Shown here: piece after piece, positions 8,840-18,156 of the stretch | How the letters are laid out: every line of letters begins with the position of its first letter | Position numbering within the stretch: the stretch's first letter is position 1 | Assembly: GCA_910584035.1 (NCBI GenBank) | Contig: CAJTZR010000001.1 | Span: 1,576 to 65,575 of the forward strand | DNA length: 64,000 bases | DNA from: an uncultured Christensenella sp. | GTDB lineage: Bacteria; Bacillota; Clostridia; Christensenellales; UBA3700 | Direction: 5' to 3' | Made by a program: the position numbers and the translations under genes | The notes under the pieces: model-generated | Told to the model about the DNA's origin: nothing | Seen by the model: the letters and a program-made list of their open reading frames with translations, nothing else | The model's database searches: none

Positions 8840-10678
8840 ATGATTTTTTATTACAATAGCAGAGATATAAATTGCAAAAAACCATTTGGAGCAGTTGTTA
8901 GTGGCAAAAAGGTGGACTTTAAGCTATTTGCTCACGATGGTATTTTTGTTGAGGGCGTTGACTTAGTGCTTACAAAGGACGGAGAGGACGATTGCTATTA
9001 CGCAATGACTTATGTTGGTAAGCAAGATAACAGCTCTGTCTTTGAGTTGTCTATAACAATAGAGGATACTGGTTTGTATTGGTACAAGTTTGTAACTAAT
9101 ACGGAACTTGGCAGTTTTTCATTTGGTAAAAATGAGTATGGCGAGTTGTTGCAAAATGGTGAACCTTATCAATTGACTGTGTATAGTGAGGAATGTTTTA
9201 CACCGACTAATCAGTTTGGTGGTGTAGTTTATCAAATTTTTGTAGATAGATTTAATAAGGGTGAGGATAGTGATTGTCGTTTTGAAAAAGACGGAGTACT
9301 TAAGCAATGGAATGATGATGTGACTATTGTGGATAGTGACGGAGTATTTCGTGCTAACGATTTTTATGGCGGTAATTTGCAAGGTATTTGTGATAAACTT
9401 GACTATTTAAAAGAGTTAGGAGTTACAATGCTTTATTTGTCGCCAATTTTCAAATCAAGCTCAAATCATAGATATGATACTGGCGATTATATGTATATTG
9501 ATGAACTTTTGGGTTCGGAAAATTCCTTTTCAAGACTAATTAGTTGTGCTAAGAAAAAAGGCATAGGCATTATGCTTGACGGAGTATTTAATCATACGGG
9601 TAGTGACAGCAAGTACTTTAATAAGTTAGGCAAGTATGATTCATTTGGTGCTTATCAAGGTATAAAATCACCATATTATGATTGGTATTATTTTATAAAT
9701 TATCCAGATGAGTATGGTTGTTGGTGGGGTATAACCGTAACACCTACCGTAAATAAAAATAATCCGTCTTATCGCAAATTTATCTTGGGCGAAAATGGCG
9801 TCCTAGATAAGTGGACTAAGTTTGGTTTAGCGGGCTGGCGACTTGACGTTGTGGACGAGCTTGATATTGACTTTGTTGACGAGATTAGAAAGCGTGTCAA
9901 AAAAGTAAATAAAAATGCTTATATCATTGGCGAGGTGTGGGAAGACGCTTCAAATAAAATTGCATACAGCAAAAGACGCCCTTATTTGCACGGCAGTCAA
10001 CTTGACGGAGTAATGAATTATCCATTTAAAAATGCTGTAATTGAATTTGTATGGGATAATGATATTAACAAGTTTATAAATAATATAATGAATATTTACG
10101 AAAACTATCCTTTGTGTTGCCTAAATTCTTGTATGAATTTTTTGGGAACACACGATACAGTTAGGGCAATCAATACTATGAGTGATTATAATATTGACGG
10201 CACAAGCAAAGCGGATAGATTAAATATCCGACTACCTAAAGAGGTTAAGGAAAGTGCAAAAGCAAGGCTAAAGCTTGCAACCTCAATACTTTACGCTTTG
10301 CCTGGCTTGCCTACAATCTTTTATGGTGACGAGGTTGGCTTGGAGGGCTATGAAGACCCTATTAACCGCAGACCTTTCCCGTGGGATAATATGGATATGG
10401 ATTTATTGGCTCATTACAAGCAGTTAGGTAGCTTGCGTAAAAGGTATAAACAAGCTTTTAGTGGCAGTATGGATATATTTGCAGACGGCGGTTTGTTGCA
10501 TATTATTCGTAAAAGTGCAGATTATTCACAAATTATACATTTTTTATACAATAATCAAAATGAAAATATTATATATTTAGCAAAAAATGACATAAATTGT
10601 CTAACTGGAAAAAGCTTAAATGATGAAATTTTGCTAAAAAAAGGCGAGTTTTTGGCAATTTGCCCACAAAATGAATAA
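8840..10678 (+). CDS. GH13 alpha-amylase-family glycosidase (neopullulanase/cyclomaltodextrinase-like), no signal peptide
   Basis: 612 aa. The four GH13 regions are present: DGVFNHTG, GWRLDVVDEL, GEVWED, FLGTHDT. The N-terminal module looks E-set-like. Confidence 0.85.
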   Translation: MIFYYNSRDINCKKPFGAVVSGKKVDFKLFAHDGIFVEGVDLVLTKDGEDDCYYAMTYVGKQDNSSVFELSITIEDTGLYWYKFVTNTELGSFSFGKNEYGELLQNGEPYQLTVYSEECFTPTNQFGGVVYQIFVDRFNKGEDSDCRFEKDGVLKQWNDDVTIVDSDGVFRANDFYGGNLQGICDKLDYLKELGVTMLYLSPIFKSSSNHRYDTGDYMYIDELLGSENSFSRLISCAKKKGIGIMLDGVFNHTGSDSKYFNKLGKYDSFGAYQGIKSPYYDWYYFINYPDEYGCWWGITVTPTVNKNNPSYRKFILGENGVLDKWTKFGLAGWRLDVVDELDIDFVDEIRKRVKKVNKNAYIIGEVWEDASNKIAYSKRRPYLHGSQLDGVMNYPFKNAVIEFVWDNDINKFINNIMNIYENYPLCCLNSCMNFLGTHDTVRAINTMSDYNIDGTSKADRLNIRLPKEVKESAKARLKLATSILYALPGLPTIFYGDEVGLEGYEDPINRRPFPWDNMDMDLLAHYKQLGSLRKRYKQAFSGSMDIFADGGLLHIIRKSADYSQIIHFLYNNQNENIIYLAKNDINCLTGKSLNDEILLKKGEFLAICPQNE

Positions 10679-10741
10679 ATATTGTGTAAAGTAGCTGTTT
10701 TATACATAAAAAATGTAAATAATAACTAAATTTAATATTTA

Positions 10742-10794
10742 TGCATAAAATATGCAACTTTTTGCTTGCTTTATGCATATTAATATGGTAGAAT
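10742..10794 (+). promoter_or_regulatory. Candidate promoter (TTGCTT-17-TAGAAT) with two TGCAT...AT palindrome-like boxes
   Basis: TTGCTT at 10766-10771 and TAGAAT at 10789-10794. TGCATAAAATATGCA at 10742-10756, and TGCATATTAATATG at 10774-10787 inside the spacer. The track ATG at 10793 falls inside the -10 element. Confidence 0.4.
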
Positions 10795-10834
10795 GAATAA
10801 CGTAAAACAAATAATTTTAAAAGAGGATAAAAAT

Positions 10835-11653
10835 ATGAAAAAGTTTAAAACTCTATTAATAGTTGTAATGGTATTAGTTACTGCTGTAGTTGCAACTTTG
10901 GCATTGGTAGGTTGTGATAAGGGCAATTATTTAAAAGTGGTTACAAATGCGGAATTTGACCCATTTGAGTATATGAATATGGAAACTGGTAATATTGAAG
11001 GCTTTGATATTGATTATATTGATGCTATTGCAAAACAAATGGGCTATGACGGAGCAAAAGTTACTAGTATTGACTTTGATTCAGTTGTTCCATCAGTTCA
11101 AAAAGGCAAGAAATATGATGTAGCTATTGCTGGCTTGACCGTTACTGAGGAAAGAACTCAACAAGTAGATTTTACTAATCCTTATTATGATGCAGGTCAA
11201 ACAATAATTTACAAAGGCGATGTTATAAACTTTGAAAATGAAGATGAGATGTGGAATTTCTTAAAAGGTAAAAAAATTGGCGTTGCAAAGGGCTATACTG
11301 GTGACATTTTGATTCAAAAGGAAATGAAAGAGGGTGGCAAATTGTATGGAAGCGGTGCTGATAGAAAAGCTTTTGACAATGGTTCTTTAGCAGTTACAGC
11401 TTTGGCTGGTGGAGAAAGAGATGTAGTTGTTATAGATAATGCTCCAGCAAAAGCATTAGCTAAAACTTTTGCAGATAAAGGTGTTAAAGTTGTTACTAAT
11501 GTAGCTATGGGTTCAGAGAAATATGCCATTGCTGTTAAAAAGGGCAATACTGAATTACTTGATAAAATCAACGCAGCAATGTTAGTTTTGGAAGAGAATG
11601 GTACTTATATACAAATTTGGAACAAGTACTTTGATAAGGAATCTAATTTATGA
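10835..11653 (+). CDS. Amino-acid ABC transporter substrate-binding lipoprotein
   Basis: MKKFKTLLIVVMVLVTAVVATLALVGC forms a signal peptide with a lipobox. The body is a family-3 SBP (FEPFEY...GFDIDY...VAIAGLTVTEER). The start at 10835 has RBS AAGAGGA. Confidence 0.85.
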   Translation: MKKFKTLLIVVMVLVTAVVATLALVGCDKGNYLKVVTNAEFDPFEYMNMETGNIEGFDIDYIDAIAKQMGYDGAKVTSIDFDSVVPSVQKGKKYDVAIAGLTVTEERTQQVDFTNPYYDAGQTIIYKGDVINFENEDEMWNFLKGKKIGVAKGYTGDILIQKEMKEGGKLYGSGADRKAFDNGSLAVTALAGGERDVVVIDNAPAKALAKTFADKGVKVVTNVAMGSEKYAIAVKKGNTELLDKINAAMLVLEENGTYIQIWNKYFDKESNL

Positions 11654-12354
11654 TATTAAATTTGATATCAGCAGTTGAAGTAAATATTTGGAAATACATT
11701 TTTGTAGATTCATATAGTATGCTTTTAGAAGGGTTGTTAAATACCCTTCTAATTGTGATTTTTGCTTTCCCATTAGGTTTGCTAATCGGTTCAATTGTCG
11801 GTATTGCACATTTTGTACCAAACAACAATGTCTTTATTAAGATTTGGAAACGCGTTAATGCTATATATGTTGCAATCTTTAGAGGTACCCCAATAGTTGT
11901 ACAATTATTGTTTATGTATTTTGGTATGTTATTGCCTTTGGGAGTTCCAGATATCATAGTTGCTATATTGGTTTTTGGTTTAAATAGCGGTGCTTATGTA
12001 TCTGAGATTGTAAGAGGTGGTATAGCATCTGTGGATAAAGGTCAAATTGAGGCGGGTAGGTCCTTAGGTATATCCTATAGTAAAACAATGATAAAGATTA
12101 TTTTACCTCAAGCTATTAAAAATATTACTCCAACTTTGGGTAATGAATTGATAGCATTGATAAAGGAAACATCAGTTGCTGGATATGTTGCAGTATTGGA
12201 TATAACAAGAGTAATACAAATGATAGCATCAAATACATACAATTATTTTGTATCTTACTTTGTATTAGGTATTATTTATTTTGTAATTGTGTTTATTATT
12301 ACTCAATTGTTAAAAGTTGTGGAAAGGAGGTTGTCAAGAAGTGATAAACGTTAA
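11650..12354 (+). CDS. Amino-acid ABC transporter permease (His/Glu/Gln/Arg family)
   Basis: 234 aa. [12 protein letters not shown] and [22 protein letters not shown] (EAA loop). ATGA start/stop overlap with the SBP gene. Confidence 0.9.
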   Translation: MILNLISAVEVNIWKYIFVDSYSMLLEGLLNTLLIVIFAFPLGLLIGSIVGIAHFVPNNNVFIKIWKRVNAIYVAIFRGTPIVVQLLFMYFGMLLPLGVPDIIVAILVFGLNSGAYVSEIVRGGIASVDKGQIEAGRSLGISYSKTMIKIILPQAIKNITPTLGNELIALIKETSVAGYVAVLDITRVIQMIASNTYNYFVSYFVLGIIYFVIVFIITQLLKVVERRLSRSDKR

Positions 12355-13540
12355 AAATTTACATAAACATTTTGGTAGCCTCGTTGTGCTTGACGGCATT
12401 GATATACAAATTAATCAAGGCGAAAAGGTAGCAGTTATTGGACCATCTGGTAGCGGTAAATCAACATTTTTAAGGTGTTTGAATTTATTGGAAAGACCAA
12501 CTATCGGACACATTTACTATAAAGGTGAGGAAATAACTTATTATTGTAAGATTTCCGCTTTATCTAAAAAATGCAAACTTTTCAAAATCTCTTACTATGA
12601 AAAAAAGCTAGATAAGTTAAATGCTAGGCTTTCAGTTACTGCCGAACCAGTAGATAGTAAAGGCATTAAAAAGCTTAATGAGCTTAAGAAAAAAATAAGC
12701 GATATAACTGTTTTTTGTGACGAGTTAAAAAGGTCTTTGGAGTTTGACATTGAGGTAAGAGAAAATACTTTGCAAACTCAATTACAATTTTTAAAAGAGG
12801 GCATTGCTGAACTTTTTGGTGAGGAAAATTTATTTAGCAACGCAAGCAGTGTTGAGGAATATATTGCCTTGGCAAAGGAAAATGGCGATTCAAAGGTTAT
12901 ACAGCAAGTTAACGCTCAAATTAAAATTGCTAAGAGCAAAACAAAAAGCAAGCTTAAAGTTAACGAAAATGCTGTAAGAAAAAATATGGGTATGGTATTC
13001 CAACATTTTAACCTTTTCCCACATATGACAGTGCTTGACAATATAACTTTTGCACCAGCAGAATATCTTAAGGCGGAAATTAAACAAAAGCTTAAATCTG
13101 GCGAGATTACAAAGTCCGCAGTTAAACAATATAAAGAGAATAGGCAAAAGGAAATTAAGGACTATGCTTTTGAATTACTTCAGAGAATTGGCTTAGAGGA
13201 AAAGGCAAATGTTTATCCAAATACATTGTCTGGCGGACAAAAACAAAGGATAGCAATTGTTAGGGCTCTTGCAATGAAACCAGAGGTTATGCTGTTTGAC
13301 GAGCCAACATCAGCTCTTGACCCAGAAATGGTTGGTGAGGTTTTGGAGTTAATCAAACAACTTGCCGATGAGGGTATGACTATGGTTATCGTAACTCACG
13401 AAATGGGCTTTGCAAAAGAGGTTGCAACTCGTGTATTGTTTATGGATTGTGGCAAAATTATGGAAGATAGCGAGCCAAAACAATTGTTTGAAACCCCTCA
13501 AAATGATAGACTTAAAACATTTTTATCTAAAGTTTTATGA
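12341..13540 (+). CDS. Amino-acid ABC transporter ATP-binding protein (GlnQ-like) with a large internal insertion
   Basis: Walker [11 protein letters not shown]-loop region [21 protein letters not shown], Walker [13 protein letters not shown]-loop VTHEM. GTG start at 12341 with GGAAAGGAGG upstream. About 140 extra residues lie between Walker A and the Q-loop. Confidence 0.85.
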   Translation: MINVKNLHKHFGSLVVLDGIDIQINQGEKVAVIGPSGSGKSTFLRCLNLLERPTIGHIYYKGEEITYYCKISALSKKCKLFKISYYEKKLDKLNARLSVTAEPVDSKGIKKLNELKKKISDITVFCDELKRSLEFDIEVRENTLQTQLQFLKEGIAELFGEENLFSNASSVEEYIALAKENGDSKVIQQVNAQIKIAKSKTKSKLKVNENAVRKNMGMVFQHFNLFPHMTVLDNITFAPAEYLKAEIKQKLKSGEITKSAVKQYKENRQKEIKDYAFELLQRIGLEEKANVYPNTLSGGQKQRIAIVRALAMKPEVMLFDEPTSALDPEMVGEVLELIKQLADEGMTMVIVTHEMGFAKEVATRVLFMDCGKIMEDSEPKQLFETPQNDRLKTFLSKVL

Positions 13541-13629
13541 TAAAAAATAATCATAAGTAATAAATTTGATTTTTAAGTTTAAAAGTTATTTTTGGCTCAA
13601 AAAGTTGAAAAAATAAAAAACAACAAAAT

Positions 13630-13675
13630 AAATCGCAAATAACGTGCTGAAAATCGGTACTATTTGCGATTTTTT
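13630..13675 (+). terminator. Rho-independent terminator of the ABC operon
   Basis: AAATCGCAAATA-(19 nt)-TATTTGCGATTT 12-bp stem followed by a T-run. Confidence 0.65.
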
Positions 13676-13844
13676 ACATTTTTAGAGATTTTATCTTTTA
13701 AAACATAAAATTTGCGTTTTTGCTATTAAAAACAAAATTTAGGCAAATAAGCTAAAACTATTTACTTTATAATAAAAAAGTGATATAATTCAATATAGCA
13801 TTAGTCAAAATAAACCCTTGTATAATGCTTGCAAAGAGTGTAAT

Positions 13845-15479
13845 ATGAAAGTATCAAACGACTATAGTATGTATGAATATTTGTTAAATAGGAACAAAGG
13901 GGATAACAGACCTCTTATATCTTATTATAATAATGAAATGTCTACAAATACTTTTTTCAAACAAGTGGATATTGTAGCTAACGCTTTGTCAGCAATAGGA
14001 GTGGGTAAAGGTGATAATATCGCTTTATGTTTGCCAAATATACCTAACGCAATTATCATATTTTATGCGACTAATAAAATTGGTGCGGTGGTAAATTTAA
14101 TACACCCATTAGTTCCCGCAAAAGCTTTAGCTGACATTGTGCAAGAGCATAAAAGCAAAGTAGTTTTTGTATTAGATATGTTTTACAATAAGCATAAGGA
14201 ATTTTTGGAAAAGTCGCAAGTATATAGCGTTGTATGCAGACCATCTGACTATCTAAAAAATGTTTACAAGCTTGGATATAATGTTTATACTGCTAGTAAA
14301 AAACCTAAGTTAAACGGCAATGCAGTTTTTTATAATGACTTTATCAAAAACCAAAGTGTTACTGCTAAAGCGGAAGAGCATTTTGAAGGCATTGGCGATA
14401 ATGTGGCTTGTTATATACATTCTGGCGGTACTACAGGCGTTCCTAAAACGGCGATTATACCAAACAGAGCTATAAACGAGTGCAGTTACAGCATACGTAC
14501 CTTGATAGGTGACGAGGCTCAAAAAGGCGAAAGTATGTTAATGGTATTGCCTATGTTCCACATATTTGGGTTAGGTGTTTGTATGCATTCCACCTTGACA
14601 GCGGGTGCTAGATGCGTGTTAATTCCAGTATTTAAGCCAAAGTCTTTAGCTAGAACTATAAAAAAGCAAAAAGTCACATATATGACGGGCGTTCCGTCAA
14701 TGTATCAAAAGCTTGTAAAATTAAAGAGTTTTGGCGGTAAATATTTGCAAAAAATGAAATCGTGCTATTGTGGTGGCGATAAATTAAAGCAAGAAATCAA
14801 AGAGGATTTTGACGCTATTATGAAAAAATACAATTCCTCTTGTACATTGTGTGAGGGCTATGGCTTGACTGAGGCGGGCGTGTGCAATGTAAATGTGGAG
14901 GAATATTCCAAGAAAGGTTCTGTTGGTAAGCCGTTAGGTGACATAAAAGTTTGTATTGTTGATAGTAATAGAAAACAATTAGCTTATGGCGAGCGTGGTG
15001 AAATTTGTTTGTCTGGTGATAATCTAATGTTAGGATATTACAAGGACGAGGAAACTACAAACAAAGTGCTATTTGAAATGGATGGCGTAAAATGGCTTGC
15101 AACGGGTGACTATGGCTATCTTGAGGAAAGCGGACATTTATTCTTTGTCGACCGCATTAAAAGAATGGTTAAGATTAGCGGAATGAATGTATTCCCTAAT
15201 GAGATAGAATATCTAGTTATGCAAAATGTGGCTGAAATTGACAGATGTTGCGTAATAGATTTAATTAAAAATGAAAAACCATATTTGAAACTTTTTGTAA
15301 CAATGAAAGAGGGGTATCAATATGGTGATGACATTAAACAAAAGATAAAAAATACAATAATCACAAATTTGATGAAATATTCTTTACCAAAAGTGATTGA
15401 GTGTGTAGAACAATTGCCACTATCCGAAATTGGTAAAGTTGATTATAACAAATTAAAACAAAAGGAGCTTGAATTATGA
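13845..15479 (+). CDS. AMP-dependent synthetase/ligase (acyl-CoA ligase-like)
   Basis: IHSGGTTGVPK (AMP-binding motif), GYGLTE and TGDYGY...DRIKR motifs. The ATG at 13845 is preferred, because the track TTG at 13818 abuts a TATAAT (13821-13826). Confidence 0.8.
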   Translation: MKVSNDYSMYEYLLNRNKGDNRPLISYYNNEMSTNTFFKQVDIVANALSAIGVGKGDNIALCLPNIPNAIIIFYATNKIGAVVNLIHPLVPAKALADIVQEHKSKVVFVLDMFYNKHKEFLEKSQVYSVVCRPSDYLKNVYKLGYNVYTASKKPKLNGNAVFYNDFIKNQSVTAKAEEHFEGIGDNVACYIHSGGTTGVPKTAIIPNRAINECSYSIRTLIGDEAQKGESMLMVLPMFHIFGLGVCMHSTLTAGARCVLIPVFKPKSLARTIKKQKVTYMTGVPSMYQKLVKLKSFGGKYLQKMKSCYCGGDKLKQEIKEDFDAIMKKYNSSCTLCEGYGLTEAGVCNVNVEEYSKKGSVGKPLGDIKVCIVDSNRKQLAYGERGEICLSGDNLMLGYYKDEETTNKVLFEMDGVKWLATGDYGYLEESGHLFFVDRIKRMVKISGMNVFPNEIEYLVMQNVAEIDRCCVIDLIKNEKPYLKLFVTMKEGYQYGDDIKQKIKNTIITNLMKYSLPKVIECVEQLPLSEIGKVDYNKLKQKELEL

Positions 15480-17890
15480 TAATCAGCGAAAGATTAGCAC
15501 AAGAATTTGAATTAAAACAGGAGTATAGCGATAATATCATTAAGCTTATCGATGAGGGTTGCACAATACCATTTATTGCCCGTTATCGTAAGGAAATGCA
15601 CGGCACTTGCGATGACCAAACATTGCGTAAGTTTGCAGACCGCTTGACATATTTGAGAAATCTTGATAAGAGAAAGGCAGAAATAATCAGCAGTATCTCA
15701 TCACAAGGCAAATGGACAAACGAGCTTGCAGAGGCTATTGATAAAGCTGAAACAATGACTGAGGTTGAGGATATTTATCGTCCATATAAGAAAAAGAAAA
15801 AGACAAGAGCATCTGTGGCTATTGAGAAAGGCTTGGAGGGCTTGGCAGATATAGTTATGAGCGACCTTAAAGAGGGCGACATTGTTGCAATTGCAACTCC
15901 ATATGTTAATGAGGAGAAAGGCGTTGCAAATGTTAAAGAGGCTTATGAGGGAGCAAAAGACATTATTGCTGAAAGAATTAGTGACGATGCAGAAGTTCGT
16001 AAAGAATTAAGAGAGCTATTTGTTGGTATTGGTGATATCAACACTGTACTTGATGAGGAAAAAGATACAGAAAAAGGCAGTATTTTTGGTATGTACAAAG
16101 ACTATACTGAAAAAATCAAAGCAATTCCATCTCACAGAATACTTGCTATCAATCGTGGGGAGAAAGAGGACTGCTTAAAAGTATCTTTAAAAATGGATAA
16201 GGAAACAGCTTTAAAAGTTATCACTGATAAATATGTACATACAGATTGCTTGTTTACCGACCTAATGATGGAGACAAGTGACGATAGCTATGAGAGATTG
16301 ATTTTCCCTTCAGTTGAAAGAGAAATTAGAAGTGAACTTACAGATAACGCTAATGAGGGTGCTATCAAAATGTTTGAAACTAACTTGAAACCATTACTAA
16401 TGCAACCACCTCTTAAGAATAAAGTTGTATTGGCACTTGACCCAGCTTACAGAACTGGTTGTAAAGTAGCTGTACTTGACGAGAATGGTAACGTATTGGC
16501 AACAAGCGTTGTACATCCAACTCCACCACAAAGCAGAGTGGAAGAGGCAGAGGAAAGACTTACTGCTTTGATTAACACACACAATGTAGATGTTATCTCT
16601 ATTGGTAATGGTACTGCCAGCAAGGAAACTGAAATTTTCGTTGCAAATATGATTAAAAAGATTGATAAGCCATTGCAATATATGGTAGTTAACGAGGCAG
16701 GTGCATCTGTATATAGTGCAAGTGAGCTAGGTGCAGAGGAATTCCCTAACTATGACGTATCTTTGAGAAGTGCAGTAAGTATTGGTAGAAGATTGCAAGA
16801 CCCTCTTGCAGAGCTTATCAAGATTGATGTTAAGAGCATTGGTGTAGGACAATACCAACACGATATGCCACAAAAGAGATTGACAGAGGTGCTTGAGGGC
16901 GTTGTAGAGGACTGCGTAAACAGCGTTGGCGTTGATTTAAATACAGCTTCTTACAAATTGTTGTCTTACATTTCTGGCTTGAATATTGGTATTGCAAAAA
17001 ATATCGTTGAGTACAGAAAGAGTCAACCATTCAAAACAAGAGAGCAACTATTAAAAGTACCAAAGCTTGGACCAAAAGCATATGAGCAATGTGCTGGTTT
17101 CTTGAGAATTACTGATGGTGAGGAGGCTTTGGATAACACTGCAGTTCACCCAGAGTCATACGCAGCAGTTAAAGGCTTGCTTTCAACATTCGGTTTGACT
17201 GAAAATGATGTTACAAGTGGTAACTTGAATGATTTAGAGGAAAAAATCAATAGCTATGGCAAAGCAAAGCTTGCTGAGGAATTGCAAATTGGTTTACCAA
17301 CTTTGAACGATATTATTGATGAAATCAAAAAGCCAGGTCGTGATATTCGTGACAGCTTGCCAAAGCCTATCTTGCGTGACGACTTGCTAGATATATCTAA
17401 CTTAAAAGAGGGTATGGAGATTGTTGGTACTGTAAGAAACGTTATTGACTTTGGTGCGTTTGTTGATATCGGCGTTCACCAAGACGGCTTGGTTCACATT
17501 AGTGAAATTAGCAATGACTATATCAAACACCCATCTGATGCTTTGACAGTTGGCGATATCGTTACTGTAAAGGTTATTGGTGTTGACCCTACTAAAAACA
17601 GAATTAGTTTGACTATCAAGGGTGCAAGCAATGCTAAGCCTAAGTCAGAGAGTACTGTTAAAGAGCCAAGGCTTTTGGATAGAAAAGAGAAAAACAATAA
17701 AGAGTTCAAAAACAAAGGCAACAAGGACTTCAAGGGTAATAGAGACTTTAAAGGAAATAAAGATTTTAAGGGTAATAAGGACTTTAAAGGCAATAATAAA
17801 AATAATAACAACAATAATAGACCTAAGAAACCAGAGCAAAGTGTGGACGATTTGTTGTTAAAACTACAAAATAAATTTAATAGACACTAA
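15476..17890 (+). CDS. tex: Tex-like transcription accessory protein (S1 domain) with a K/N-rich repetitive tail
   Basis: 804 aa. N-terminal IPFIARYRKE, YqgF-like LALDPAYRTGCKVAVLD, HhH region, C-terminal S1 (GTVRNVIDFGAFVDIGVHQDGLVHISE). ATGA overlap with the upstream gene. Confidence 0.9.
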   Translation: MIISERLAQEFELKQEYSDNIIKLIDEGCTIPFIARYRKEMHGTCDDQTLRKFADRLTYLRNLDKRKAEIISSISSQGKWTNELAEAIDKAETMTEVEDIYRPYKKKKKTRASVAIEKGLEGLADIVMSDLKEGDIVAIATPYVNEEKGVANVKEAYEGAKDIIAERISDDAEVRKELRELFVGIGDINTVLDEEKDTEKGSIFGMYKDYTEKIKAIPSHRILAINRGEKEDCLKVSLKMDKETALKVITDKYVHTDCLFTDLMMETSDDSYERLIFPSVEREIRSELTDNANEGAIKMFETNLKPLLMQPPLKNKVVLALDPAYRTGCKVAVLDENGNVLATSVVHPTPPQSRVEEAEERLTALINTHNVDVISIGNGTASKETEIFVANMIKKIDKPLQYMVVNEAGASVYSASELGAEEFPNYDVSLRSAVSIGRRLQDPLAELIKIDVKSIGVGQYQHDMPQKRLTEVLEGVVEDCVNSVGVDLNTASYKLLSYISGLNIGIAKNIVEYRKSQPFKTREQLLKVPKLGPKAYEQCAGFLRITDGEEALDNTAVHPESYAAVKGLLSTFGLTENDVTSGNLNDLEEKINSYGKAKLAEELQIGLPTLNDIIDEIKKPGRDIRDSLPKPILRDDLLDISNLKEGMEIVGTVRNVIDFGAFVDIGVHQDGLVHISEISNDYIKHPSDALTVGDIVTVKVIGVDPTKNRISLTIKGASNAKPKSESTVKEPRLLDRKEKNNKEFKNKGNKDFKGNRDFKGNKDFKGNKDFKGNNKNNNNNNRPKKPEQSVDDLLLKLQNKFNRH
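17723..17794 (+). repeat. Four in-frame 18-nt repeats encoding (K/R)DFKGN inside the tex tail
   Basis: AAGGACTTCAAGGGTAAT / AGAGACTTTAAAGGAAAT / AAAGATTTTAAGGGTAAT / AAGGACTTTAAAGGCAAT, read directly. The units differ mostly at synonymous positions. Confidence 0.9.
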
Positions 17891-18007
17891 AGAATATAGT
17901 AGATTGTGTGATTACAAATTTAAACTATATAAAGTAAATTTTAATTAGCTTTAAAATTTTAAAATTGTTAATGTAATGTACTTTTTTACATTATTACAAT
18001 ACTTCTA

Positions 18008-18075
18008 GTTTGAATTAAATAAGTTACTGCAAATGCCTTTTAAGGTGCGTTGCAGTAACTTCCAATAATATGGTT
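18008..18075 (+). repeat. Intergenic repeat family, short variant (copy 4) forming a perfect 12-bp hairpin
   Basis: TTTGAATTAAATAAGTTACTGCAAATGCCTTTTAAGGTGCGTTGCAGTAACTTCCAATAATATGG aligns to the centre and tail of copy 2 (ATTTGAATT...CTATTGCAAAATACTCTTTCGGGTGC...ATAACTTCCAATAATATT) but lacks the CCCCACAAAA hairpin. AAGTTACTGCAA (18021-18032) pairs with TTGCAGTAACTT (18050-18061). Confidence 0.5.
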
Positions 18076-18156
18076 ACATAATCTACATTTTTCTTTAAAT
18101 TTAGGTTTAGTACCGATTTTTGACGTGATTTTAAAATAAACAATGGGAGTGATGTT

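Noticed and set aside
10793-10834. Upstream extensions of several track ORFs (10793, 13818, 26055, 12317, 47480, 5093, 28839, 59970, 62489, 52657)
   Set aside because: In each case an internal ATG or GTG has a properly spaced Shine-Dalgarno sequence. Typically it also restores a typical N-terminus (signal peptide, GxGTR motif, ABC MIKxxN start) or gives an ATGA-type overlap with the upstream gene. Several extensions overlap -10 elements.
17518-17861. Overlapping ORFs (98 aa on the - strand, 79 aa on the +, 64 aa on the -) inside the 3' end of tex
   Set aside because: They are low-complexity translations generated by the in-frame 18-nt KDFKGN repeats and the K/N-rich tail. They lie fully inside a well-supported CDS.
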